Origin: Saprospirales bacterium
Lineage (GTDB): Bacteria > Bacteroidota > Bacteroidia > Chitinophagales > UBA8649
NCBI GenBank assembly: GCA_002708985.1
Contig: PAPS01000033.1
Coordinates: 5,803 to 69,802 of the forward strand
Length of the DNA stretch: 64,000 nt
Reading direction: 5' to 3'
Shown: piece by piece, positions 18,238 through 26,607 of the stretch
Layout: each line of letters begins with the position of its first letter
Position numbering within the stretch: the first letter of the stretch is position 1
Made by a program: the position numbers and the translations under genes
The notes under the pieces: generated by a model
Seen by the model: only the letters and a program-made list of their open reading frames with translations
Databases searched by the model: none
Told to the model about the DNA's origin: nothing

Positions 18238-18885
18238 ATGACACGATTTACAGTATTCGCCTTTATTTTTTGTTCAATTCTTTGCTCAACAGCTTTTGCT
18301 CAAGAGCTTGAAGATTTACCTAAATCTCTAGAGGTCGGGGATAAAGTATTAGACTTGTTTGAGTCAGGTATGTTGGCTACGTCTGGAGAATCCATTGCAT
18401 TAAAGAAAATAGCACAGAACAACGGACTTGTAGTTATTTTTTCTTGTAACGAGTGTCCATTTGTTGTGGCATGGGAGGATCGTTATCAAAAAATAGCAGC
18501 CTTTGCAAAGGATAACGGTTTTGGGGTGGCGCTTATCAATTCAAATGAAGCAAAGCGATCGGGAGACGTTCAAGCGGATAATTTCGATGCTATGGTTGCC
18601 CATGATAAAGAGATGGGCTATACTCCAATGGGAATCTTTTATTTATTAGATAAAGAATCACGTTTGGCAAATTCTTTTCAGGCCAAAGTAACTCCTCATG
18701 TCTTCCTGTTTGATGTAGATGGTATTTTACGTTACAAAGGAGCTATCGATGACAATTATAAATCGGCAATGGATGTTAAGGATGCTTATCTCATGAATGC
18801 TATGGTATCTCTAGTCAATGGAGAGGAAGTGGAAGTCCAGGTGACCGATGCGATTGGGTGCAGCATTAAGCGCGTAAAGAAGTAA
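18238..18885 (+). CDS. Exported thioredoxin-fold (AhpC/TSA-like) protein
   Basis: Signal peptide, FSCNECPFV, AKVTPHVF, YKGAIDD, GCSIKR. Start at ATG 18238 or TTG 18217. Confidence 0.85.
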   Translation: MTRFTVFAFIFCSILCSTAFAQELEDLPKSLEVGDKVLDLFESGMLATSGESIALKKIAQNNGLVVIFSCNECPFVVAWEDRYQKIAAFAKDNGFGVALINSNEAKRSGDVQADNFDAMVAHDKEMGYTPMGIFYLLDKESRLANSFQAKVTPHVFLFDVDGILRYKGAIDDNYKSAMDVKDAYLMNAMVSLVNGEEVEVQVTDAIGCSIKRVKK

Positions 18886-18984
18886 GGCACTTATTTTATA
18901 AAATGAGGATTTATTTTTCCAGCGCAGACATAGCCTAGTACCAAAGTTATTTTATTGGGCTAATCAGCTTCATTTCCTATGCTG

Positions 18985-18992
18985 TATGTTTG
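18985..18992 (+). promoter_or_regulatory. Sigma-A -7 element (TATGTTTG)
   Basis: Exact TAnnTTTG 17 nt before the start at 19010. Confidence 0.55.
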
Positions 18993-19009
18993 TATAAAAC
19001 CAATGCATC

Positions 19010-20608
19010 TTGAGTATCCTAGGTAAATCAAATCGTGATAGAGTCTACCTCTCTCGAAAGTTTAATCTAGATGCGAAGCTGATTGAGGATTCCTTTATTA
19101 TAAAGGTTGATCAGCTAGGTCTCGACAGGTTGCCTCAAAATGGTGGTTGTATTCTTCTTTGTAATCGGCCTATTGGAGCTATTGAAGAACTGCTCGTAGA
19201 GAGCATTTTGCCAAGTCATTTTTTAGAGAGGATAGCCTTTTATAAGAATCCTTTTCTTTTATCTAATGAGGGGATGAGCGATAAGATGGTTTTGAACAAT
19301 GATGACCGTAGCGCTGAAGTTATCACACGCCTAAAAAATCGGATTAACATAATTTTTCCAGCGGGAGTCCTGTCCAAACGAAGAAATCATAAAAGAGCTA
19401 AGGTAGATGGGCGTTGGAATAGACAGACTATTCGCCATATTATGGCACTTGACCTTCCAATTTTTCCGGTATGCATTGAGTGTCGAGTTAAAACCGCTGG
19501 ACGGGTCTTGTCGTCTTTTCATTCTGTACATCGAACAAGTCAGATTTTAGTTTCTGCTTTACAGGAAGAAAAAAACGATGCCACAATTCATATCGGTCGA
19601 CCAATAGACAAAGAACAGTTGCTTCTTTGCTTAAATGAGGGGCAGCTCACAAGATTACTTCGATCGAAGCTTTTCTCTCTTGGAACACCTATTTCAGTAG
19701 AGCATTATTTTTTTAATGAAAAATTGGCACCAGGGCCTCTTGCTCATCCAACACGTAAAGATGTGATGCTAAGCGAAAAAAAGGCCTTGGATAAAGAACA
19801 TCTCCTTTTTGAATCGAAAGGCCATGAAGTATACCTAATCTATGCCTTAGATGCTCCGAATTGGATTCAGGAAATTGGTCGCCTACGCGCCCTGAATGAT
19901 CGGTTAAGTGGTAAAGAATGCAACAGGCCACGACGATTGGATGAGCTTGACTTGTATCACGAGCACATAGTAATTTGGAGTACAGAGGAAAAGCGAATAG
20001 TCGCCTCATGTAGAGTAGGGGATGGGAAGATAGTTTATGCGACCCATGGAAAGTCAGGACTGAGCTTAGGTCAGACTTTCCGACTTAAGCCGGCATTTGA
20101 TATCATGTTAAAACAGTCCATTGATATTGATTGTTTTTACCTGGATTATAGTTTATCAAAGGATAATTTGCTGCTTACGCTAATTTGGAGTGGTATCACT
20201 ACTATCCTGTGCGATCGTCCGTATCTCAGCTATCTTTCTTGTCTAAGTCCCCTCAGCATGCCAGAAAACAAAGACAGCATGTCAAAGGCTATTGAAACCT
20301 TTGTAAGTGAGCGCAGAGATGAGACCTTAGCGTCCTATATCGAGATTACGGACGGCAAACTAAATTTTGATGCGTTCAACCAACCGAGGATTGAAGAGGG
20401 CAGAAGTACAGCTTTCTTGAACAGTCAACCCATTGACTTACCTGCTCCTCCACAGATTAACCATGCCATACTTCAACATGCTAAGGTGTTGAGTGTAATC
20501 GCGGATGAGACGCATTCTGATGAAATTAAGGTGCTATTATGGATGGCGGTGCAAGACTTACCTGAGCAATTAATCGTGCAGACTGAAATCATTCGAAGGG
20601 AGGGATAA
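19010..20608 (+). CDS. Acyltransferase + GNAT two-domain protein (OlsF-like architecture), degenerate
   Basis: FPAG, EIGRLR, LDELDLYHEHIVIW and IWSGI are recognisable. The NHPxGxxD motif reads NRPIGAIE. Confidence 0.7.
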   Translation: MSILGKSNRDRVYLSRKFNLDAKLIEDSFIIKVDQLGLDRLPQNGGCILLCNRPIGAIEELLVESILPSHFLERIAFYKNPFLLSNEGMSDKMVLNNDDRSAEVITRLKNRINIIFPAGVLSKRRNHKRAKVDGRWNRQTIRHIMALDLPIFPVCIECRVKTAGRVLSSFHSVHRTSQILVSALQEEKNDATIHIGRPIDKEQLLLCLNEGQLTRLLRSKLFSLGTPISVEHYFFNEKLAPGPLAHPTRKDVMLSEKKALDKEHLLFESKGHEVYLIYALDAPNWIQEIGRLRALNDRLSGKECNRPRRLDELDLYHEHIVIWSTEEKRIVASCRVGDGKIVYATHGKSGLSLGQTFRLKPAFDIMLKQSIDIDCFYLDYSLSKDNLLLTLIWSGITTILCDRPYLSYLSCLSPLSMPENKDSMSKAIETFVSERRDETLASYIEITDGKLNFDAFNQPRIEEGRSTAFLNSQPIDLPAPPQINHAILQHAKVLSVIADETHSDEIKVLLWMAVQDLPEQLIVQTEIIRREG

Positions 20609-20674
20609 TTACTTTTCTGTTCCTGTATATGTCTAACGCTCTAGGGCACAAGCATTCTGCAATATGATAAGGGC

Positions 20675-20704
20675 AAAAAAAAAGCGGGCAATTTACCCGC
20701 TTTT
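20675..20704 (-). terminator. Intrinsic terminator of the Omp28-CTD gene (probably bidirectional)
   Basis: AAAAGCGGG-CAATTTA-CCCGCTTTT with a 9-A run on the left, which is the U-tract on the minus strand. Confidence 0.85.
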
Positions 20705-20723
20705 GAAAAATATACAATTTTAT

Positions 20724-22640
20724 TTATTTCATTATCTGAATGATGCCAGAAGAAACATTGCCTGATGCATCTACAACAGATAACGTATAGAGTCCACTAG
20801 CTGCTGAGGATAGATTCAAGCTTTTATTTCCCTTGACACTACCCGATGTAATTATCTTACCTAAGGCATCGATTACTCGGTAGTTTACTCGACTTACTGA
20901 CTCTAAATACACGATACCAGTTGAAGGATTAGGATAAATGCTTACTCCAAGATTAGCTAAATCGCTGATCGATGTCGTAGGCTGGCTATTAGGGTCATTT
21001 GGATTTGATCCTAAGTTTAACTCGTCTAAATCCGTAACGCCATCATTATCTGAATCCGTTGTTTCTGTTAAATCAGTTGTGGCATTTGATCCTCCTGTCG
21101 CATTGATGGTAAAGAATGCTGCAGAACTTCCGCTGCCAATACTTCCTCCTGAACCTATCAAAAGGGGAGCACTTGTTGTGGGATCAGTGAAGGAGAATGA
21201 TCCCACAGGTCCACCGCCATTGCCATCTAGTCCATCTCCATACGAATCCTCAAAGACTATGCTGTAGCAATCAAAATCATTCAATGTAATCGTGTAGAAG
21301 AATTGATTGTTAGCTGAGGTCATTCCATCTGCATATACAATTGGACTTGAGTAAGTTGTTCCTGTGATGTTATCACGCGCTGGGACAAATACTCCGCTAG
21401 CATCATAGACACCCCAAGTGATTTCTGATCCCCAATTATCTAATTGTAAATCGAGCCCTATAGATGTCGTGTTATAACCTGTTGCATCTACGTTAAAATT
21501 ATTTGTTACAATATTATTTGATGCAACATCATCGGTTGAGCCATTTACTGCAATAATCTCCACGGTGATAGTGTTGTTTGCCTGTGGCAAATAATAATAG
21601 GTTGGAAGGGAGATTTCAGCTGATGCAAATTGACCGACTTGTCCATTCCATGTGTAAGTTACTTCTGTGCCATTATTAATATTGTAGAGCAACTCAATGG
21701 AGGAAACTGTATTTTGACCAATATTTTCAAAAGCAAAGGTTGGATCAACTTGCCATCCACAGGATGGAGATTGAACGGATGCGCCCTCAGCGCTTGCATC
21801 CAGTGCGGTAAGTCCTGTATAGTTTGGTGCTACTTTGATAGCCGTTTCAACATTTCTGTTATTCTGATGTGTTGTGAAAAGCACAAAGCTCATTTTACTA
21901 ATTTCGGTCATCACATTAGTGCTTCCAGAAAGAGAAGGATAGAAATCTTGAATGCTTACGGTGAAGGTTGTATCATAAAGGCTTCCTGTAGTATTGCTTG
22001 GAAGCGTGATGCCATTCAGTCCAAAGAACATATGCCGAAGCATTTTCTTGTGGTTATACAAACCGTTGGGGAGGACCATTTCAGGATAGTAGGTTGAACC
22101 CGCAACTTGTTTACCTTCAACATCATCTTGAAGAAGATAGAGATGTAAACGCTCACTATTAGCTCCAGAATTTCCTGTGAAATACGCCTGTAAGGTAATC
22201 GTTACCTCATTGTTATTAACATCCCAATCCGCTTGCATTCCTAAATTGACATAAGATGTTTGAGATAGTATTGGAGTAATTTGGCCTGACCATTCACCTC
22301 TGCCTAAAGTGTTATTTCCTTGGGCACGATTAACAACTCCCGCGGGATACCCATGCTGATTGAAACTATCATCAAAATTTTCTCCATCTTGAGTACGAAA
22401 ATCAGTAGGGTCGGAGGCGAAACTTCCTGCGTGGATGTTAACTGCCACCACACGCCCTGGATTAGCATTTACTAATTCATCAGCAATGCTATGGCCTTGA
22501 GGGCAAAACTGACAATTTACACCTGTGAATTCCTCTAGTAAAGCATTTCTGTTACTAGTATTCTGACTCACTGGGATTCCTTGCGCCATCACAGCGCTGG
22601 CGCAAATACTCAGTGAAAAAATGGTTAAAAAGTTTTTCAT
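20724..22640 (-). CDS. Omp28-domain protein with TSP3-like repeat and T9SS CTD
   Basis: LLEEFTGVNCQFCPQGH, YPAGVVNR, DSDNDGVTDLDELNLGSNPNDP, IYPNPSTG...GLYTL. Confidence 0.85.
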   Translation of the reverse strand: MKNFLTIFSLSICASAVMAQGIPVSQNTSNRNALLEEFTGVNCQFCPQGHSIADELVNANPGRVVAVNIHAGSFASDPTDFRTQDGENFDDSFNQHGYPAGVVNRAQGNNTLGRGEWSGQITPILSQTSYVNLGMQADWDVNNNEVTITLQAYFTGNSGANSERLHLYLLQDDVEGKQVAGSTYYPEMVLPNGLYNHKKMLRHMFFGLNGITLPSNTTGSLYDTTFTVSIQDFYPSLSGSTNVMTEISKMSFVLFTTHQNNRNVETAIKVAPNYTGLTALDASAEGASVQSPSCGWQVDPTFAFENIGQNTVSSIELLYNINNGTEVTYTWNGQVGQFASAEISLPTYYYLPQANNTITVEIIAVNGSTDDVASNNIVTNNFNVDATGYNTTSIGLDLQLDNWGSEITWGVYDASGVFVPARDNITGTTYSSPIVYADGMTSANNQFFYTITLNDFDCYSIVFEDSYGDGLDGNGGGPVGSFSFTDPTTSAPLLIGSGGSIGSGSSAAFFTINATGGSNATTDLTETTDSDNDGVTDLDELNLGSNPNDPNSQPTTSISDLANLGVSIYPNPSTGIVYLESVSRVNYRVIDALGKIITSGSVKGNKSLNLSSAASGLYTLSVVDASGNVSSGIIQIMK

Positions 22641-22684
22641 TTATTGTATATTTCTGGAAGTAAATTAACATTTTTAAAAATATC

Positions 22685-23389
22685 ATGACTAGCTTTTCAT
22701 CATCAGTATTCAAATCGATAGTGATTTTTACACTGTTTCTTTTTGTCTCAGGCTTTTCATACGGTCAATTCACAACGAGATATAGCACGTTCAATATAGA
22801 TACGTTTTCACAAGACTTTGATGTTGTCCTTAAAAACCAAGTTTTTAATGAGGGACAAGATTCAATTTATTTGGCTTGGCGAAGAACAATAAACGATTTT
22901 CCTTCTGCCAAATGGACAGGTACAAGTATTTGTGATAATGTGAATTGTGCAGCACCTCAAATAAGTCAAAGAAATTTCGATGCAATTGCGCCTGGAGATT
23001 CTTCACGACTCGACATGCACTTCTTAACCAATGGATACGCAGGCGAAGCTATTACAGAGATAATCGTATGGGATATTAACGATAGCATAAATTCTGCACA
23101 AGTGGTACCATATTCTTTTAAAAATGACCCTTCAAATGTCATAAGCAACATGCTTTTACTAGACGAAGGTGATATAAATTTGGCTGTCATTAATGGCCAC
23201 GTCCATTTGGATGCTAGCGCCGCGACCCGTCTTGAGGTGCACATTTACGATTTACTTGGCAATCAAGTAAAGAGTGTTGTGTGCAATGGTGTGCTATCAC
23301 TTGATATTCGCGACCTACCCAAGACGATGTATTTCGTTCAAGTTCTTCAAGGTTCTACTATTGTCAAGACGCAATCCTTTGTGCGATAA
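22685..23389 (+). CDS. Small T9SS CTD-bearing protein
   Basis: Signal peptide, Ig-like N-domain with ICDNVNC, C-terminal IYDLLGNQV...MYFVQV...TQSFVR. Confidence 0.75.
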   Translation: MTSFSSSVFKSIVIFTLFLFVSGFSYGQFTTRYSTFNIDTFSQDFDVVLKNQVFNEGQDSIYLAWRRTINDFPSAKWTGTSICDNVNCAAPQISQRNFDAIAPGDSSRLDMHFLTNGYAGEAITEIIVWDINDSINSAQVVPYSFKNDPSNVISNMLLLDEGDINLAVINGHVHLDASAATRLEVHIYDLLGNQVKSVVCNGVLSLDIRDLPKTMYFVQVLQGSTIVKTQSFVR

Positions 23390-23405
23390 GAAAGAGTTTC
23401 TCTTT

Positions 23406-23906
23406 TTAATCTTCTGCGATTCGTGCAAGCTCTTCCTCTAGGGCATACTCATCACCTGCATTGTACCCAGTGTGTTTGTAGGCTACCTCCCCATTTTTAT
23501 CTAGGACTATGGTAAAAGGTACCGTTTGCCAACCGAGGCTTCGTTTTGTGTCTGAATTGCGGTCGTAGAGTACCTCAAAAGGCCAATCTTCTCCGGCTAC
23601 ATAGCTTTTAGCGCGTTCAACATTACGTTGGTCATCAATTGATATGGCTATGAGTTCAACATCGTAAAGATCTTGCCAATCTGCATAAAAGTCTTCTGCA
23701 ATCGCTTTAAGTTCTGTTTTACACGGAGCGCACCATGTAGCCCAAAAGCAGAGCACAGTAATCTTTCCATTATCTGCATAGGTCTTTAAATCGACCTCTT
23801 TATTTTCTCCGTCTTTAAGTTTTGTTGAGGTTATAGTTTGTGCGGACAGTCCGCTTGTACAAAATACAACGGCAGCGAAGAGCAATACTTTAACAATTGA
23901 AGCCAT
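23406..23906 (-). CDS. Periplasmic TlpA-family thiol:disulfide oxidoreductase
   Basis: Signal peptide, FWATWCAPCK, VPFTIVLDKNG. Confidence 0.9.
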   Translation of the reverse strand: MASIVKVLLFAAVVFCTSGLSAQTITSTKLKDGENKEVDLKTYADNGKITVLCFWATWCAPCKTELKAIAEDFYADWQDLYDVELIAISIDDQRNVERAKSYVAGEDWPFEVLYDRNSDTKRSLGWQTVPFTIVLDKNGEVAYKHTGYNAGDEYALEEELARIAED

Positions 23907-23941
23907 AGTTTCTAAATTTTAAATGTAAGCGGCCTTTAAGG

Positions 23942-23958
23942 TACAAAGTCAATGCCAA
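23942..23958 (-). promoter_or_regulatory. Possible sigma54-like promoter of the TlpA gene
   Basis: Minus strand TTGGCATTGACTTTGTA (GG-N10-GT), 11/16 identical to the hsp20 element and at a similar distance from the ATG. Confidence 0.4.
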
Positions 23959-24037
23959 GTTTTATATGTGGTCATCTACTTCGTAAACCATGTGAAAGGA
24001 GCGATAAACATTGTACATTCATACTTTAATCTAACCT

Positions 24038-25750
24038 ATGCGACGCTTTGAGCTTACATCTGCTTTCCTATTAGTTTCGATTTTATCTACATCGCTAGTG
24101 TTTGGACAGGGTACGATTTATGGTGATTTAGAAATTCGAAATGATTATTACGTAAGAGATTCCTTGATTGGTGCATCGAATACTGCGCAGTATGATAATT
24201 TAAAATCGAGCGTTGACGCTTGGCTAACGGTAAACTACGCTAATCCAGAGTGGGACTTTGATGCGAGTGTTCGACTCGATGGCTTCTTGCATTCAAACTT
24301 ATTTAATCCAGGCAGAGAGGCTTACACGGGATTCGGCGTTGGCCGGTTTCATCTGAGAAAGACGATTAATAATTTGGAAATCACTGGAGGTTACATCTAC
24401 GATCAGCTTGGCAGTGGGCTTATTTTCCGTGCCTATGAAGATCGTGCATTAGGTATTGATGACGCCTTAGTGGGCGTAAGAACAGATTACAAAATTTCTG
24501 AAGCATTCTCGATTAAAGGTATGGCTGGAATGCGCAAGCAACGTCTTGGGATGGACCGGTCAGTCATCGCCGCTACTGAGTTGAAGAGTTTCCAAAGTTT
24601 TGGCAAGGAAAAAGACTGGAACATGTCCTCTGGGATTGCTGCGGTAAATCGTACGCTTGATCAAGAATCGATGGACGCTATTGTAGCTATAATTAACAGT
24701 TATCCCCTTGACGAACGATTCTTGCCTACCTACAATAGCTATGCCTTTTCCGCGTACAATCAGCTAAATCATAAACGCTGGGGGTGGTATCTTGAAGGAG
24801 CTTGGAAGTCAAAAGATTTACAGCTTGTTAGCCTGACCGAGCCTTTACAGTTTGACCCAGGGAGCGCTTTTTTTACCACCGTGTCTTATGCTAAACCCGG
24901 TCTAGGCGCCACAATGCTATTTAAGCGAACTGACAATTTCCAATCTCGAAGCAATCCATTAGGCGGAGAGACCATTTTAAATTCGGCAATCAACTTCCTG
25001 CCACCTGCAAACCGTCAGTTGTCGCTTCGTCTTCCCGCGCGTTATCAACCTGCTTCCCAGGAAATACGCGAAATGGGTTTGTCACTTGATGTAAATTGGA
25101 AGATAAATGAATCGATGTCACTCCATGGAACCTACAGTCAGATTCATGATCTGGGGGCTACTCCAGGCGACTTCATCAATGACCTATTATACGCTCGAGG
25201 AAGCATTTCGGGCTTAAATAGTGGTAAAGCAGAGGGAGCGCTTTTATTTAAAGAGGTATATCTCGATGTTGAATGGAAACATTCTAAGAAATGGAAGGGG
25301 TTATACGGTATGTATTATACCATGTATAACCGATTATTTTATGAAGGTGAAGGCCTTGCCCAGACCTTTGTCTACTCACCTTTCTTTCGTTGGACCAATC
25401 GTATCTCGCGAAATGTTTCTATGAAATACGAATTGCAATATCAGCATACGGTGGATGACTTCGGTCAATGGATCTATGGAATGGTTCAGTTGAATTTACC
25501 CCCTAAACTCTCCTTTGCCATTTCTGATATGTGGAACCTGCAAACCGGTCCGAATGTCTTGAGTGTATCTGAAGAGGGGTCGAAGACCGGTATACATTAT
25601 TACTCCATATTTATGTCATACACCGAAAAACAACACCGCTTGTCCTTAAATTATGCCAAGCAAGTTGCTGGAATTGTATGTACCGGAGGAGTATGCCGTT
25701 ATGAACCTGCCTTTAACGGATTCCGAGTTAACCTTGTAACCAGTTTCTAA
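24038..25750 (+). CDS. DUF6029-family outer-membrane beta-barrel protein
   Basis: Signal peptide, amphipathic strands, YDQLGSGLIFRAYEDR, GIVCTGGVCRYEPAF, terminal Phe. Confidence 0.8.
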   Translation: MRRFELTSAFLLVSILSTSLVFGQGTIYGDLEIRNDYYVRDSLIGASNTAQYDNLKSSVDAWLTVNYANPEWDFDASVRLDGFLHSNLFNPGREAYTGFGVGRFHLRKTINNLEITGGYIYDQLGSGLIFRAYEDRALGIDDALVGVRTDYKISEAFSIKGMAGMRKQRLGMDRSVIAATELKSFQSFGKEKDWNMSSGIAAVNRTLDQESMDAIVAIINSYPLDERFLPTYNSYAFSAYNQLNHKRWGWYLEGAWKSKDLQLVSLTEPLQFDPGSAFFTTVSYAKPGLGATMLFKRTDNFQSRSNPLGGETILNSAINFLPPANRQLSLRLPARYQPASQEIREMGLSLDVNWKINESMSLHGTYSQIHDLGATPGDFINDLLYARGSISGLNSGKAEGALLFKEVYLDVEWKHSKKWKGLYGMYYTMYNRLFYEGEGLAQTFVYSPFFRWTNRISRNVSMKYELQYQHTVDDFGQWIYGMVQLNLPPKLSFAISDMWNLQTGPNVLSVSEEGSKTGIHYYSIFMSYTEKQHRLSLNYAKQVAGIVCTGGVCRYEPAFNGFRVNLVTSF

Positions 25751-26598
25751 TGCATCAACGTCTTACACCATACTTATTTGCCTCTTTTCTGTGTTTAATG
25801 ATGTTGTCATGTGAAGAGGAGGGTCCAGCTGTTATTTTAGATGAAGCGGAAACTTTATCGGATACTACCTACGTTACCTCAACCATTCCAATTGCTCAGG
25901 ATAAAGTTGTACTTATAGAAGAGTTAACCGGAGTGCGTTGTCCGAATTGCCCTGACGGCCATCAAGAGGTAGAAACCATTTTGGCCAATAATCCTGGTCG
26001 AGTTTTAGCCGTTGCAGTACATACCCCATTTTTGGGGCAGCCATTTCCAGGTGAACCTAGTCTGATTACTCAATCAGGGATTGATATGGAAAGCATCTTC
26101 GGTGGCTATGATGGGAAGCCAGCTTCTCTTATAGATCGGATTAATTATCCCGGTGAGCAATATCGTTTTTTAGGCCTGCCCCAGTGGGTGATTCGTGTTA
26201 ATGAGCGCATGATGGAAACATCACCCGTGAATATCGATATTTCCTCAACGCTATCTTCCAATGGAAATTCTGGGGTAATCAGTGCATCTATGGTTTACAC
26301 AGGGGCAGCTTCCGACCACAGATTTGGTATTTTGCTCACTGAAAATCAGGTGCCGACAACGCAGATTGTCGGAAGTATTGAGGTAGAGGACTACGAACAA
26401 GAGCATGTTTTACGACGATATATTACTCCAGTCTCTGGTCAAGGACTAGAGGCTTCTCTTGAGGCAGGACGGGTTTTTGAAAAAGAATTTGCCTTCGATC
26501 TTGAAGAAGGTTGGAATAGTGATAATATGGAAGTGATTATTTGGGTTTCAGATGCTAATGGTATTGTGCATGCTGCCAAATCAAAACTCGGTGAATAA
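25750..26598 (+). CDS. Omp28-family lipoprotein
   Basis: Lipobox MLSC-EEE, IEELTGVRCPNCP, KPASLIDR, EHVLRR. TAATG overlap with DUF6029. Confidence 0.85.
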   Translation: MHQRLTPYLFASFLCLMMLSCEEEGPAVILDEAETLSDTTYVTSTIPIAQDKVVLIEELTGVRCPNCPDGHQEVETILANNPGRVLAVAVHTPFLGQPFPGEPSLITQSGIDMESIFGGYDGKPASLIDRINYPGEQYRFLGLPQWVIRVNERMMETSPVNIDISSTLSSNGNSGVISASMVYTGAASDHRFGILLTENQVPTTQIVGSIEVEDYEQEHVLRRYITPVSGQGLEASLEAGRVFEKEFAFDLEEGWNSDNMEVIIWVSDANGIVHAAKSKLGE

Positions 26599-26607
26599 GG
26601 TTTAGAT

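Noticed and set aside
21630-22097. 155-aa plus-strand ORF (also 20938-21267)
   Set aside because: Antisense shadows of the Omp28-CTD gene with no family features.
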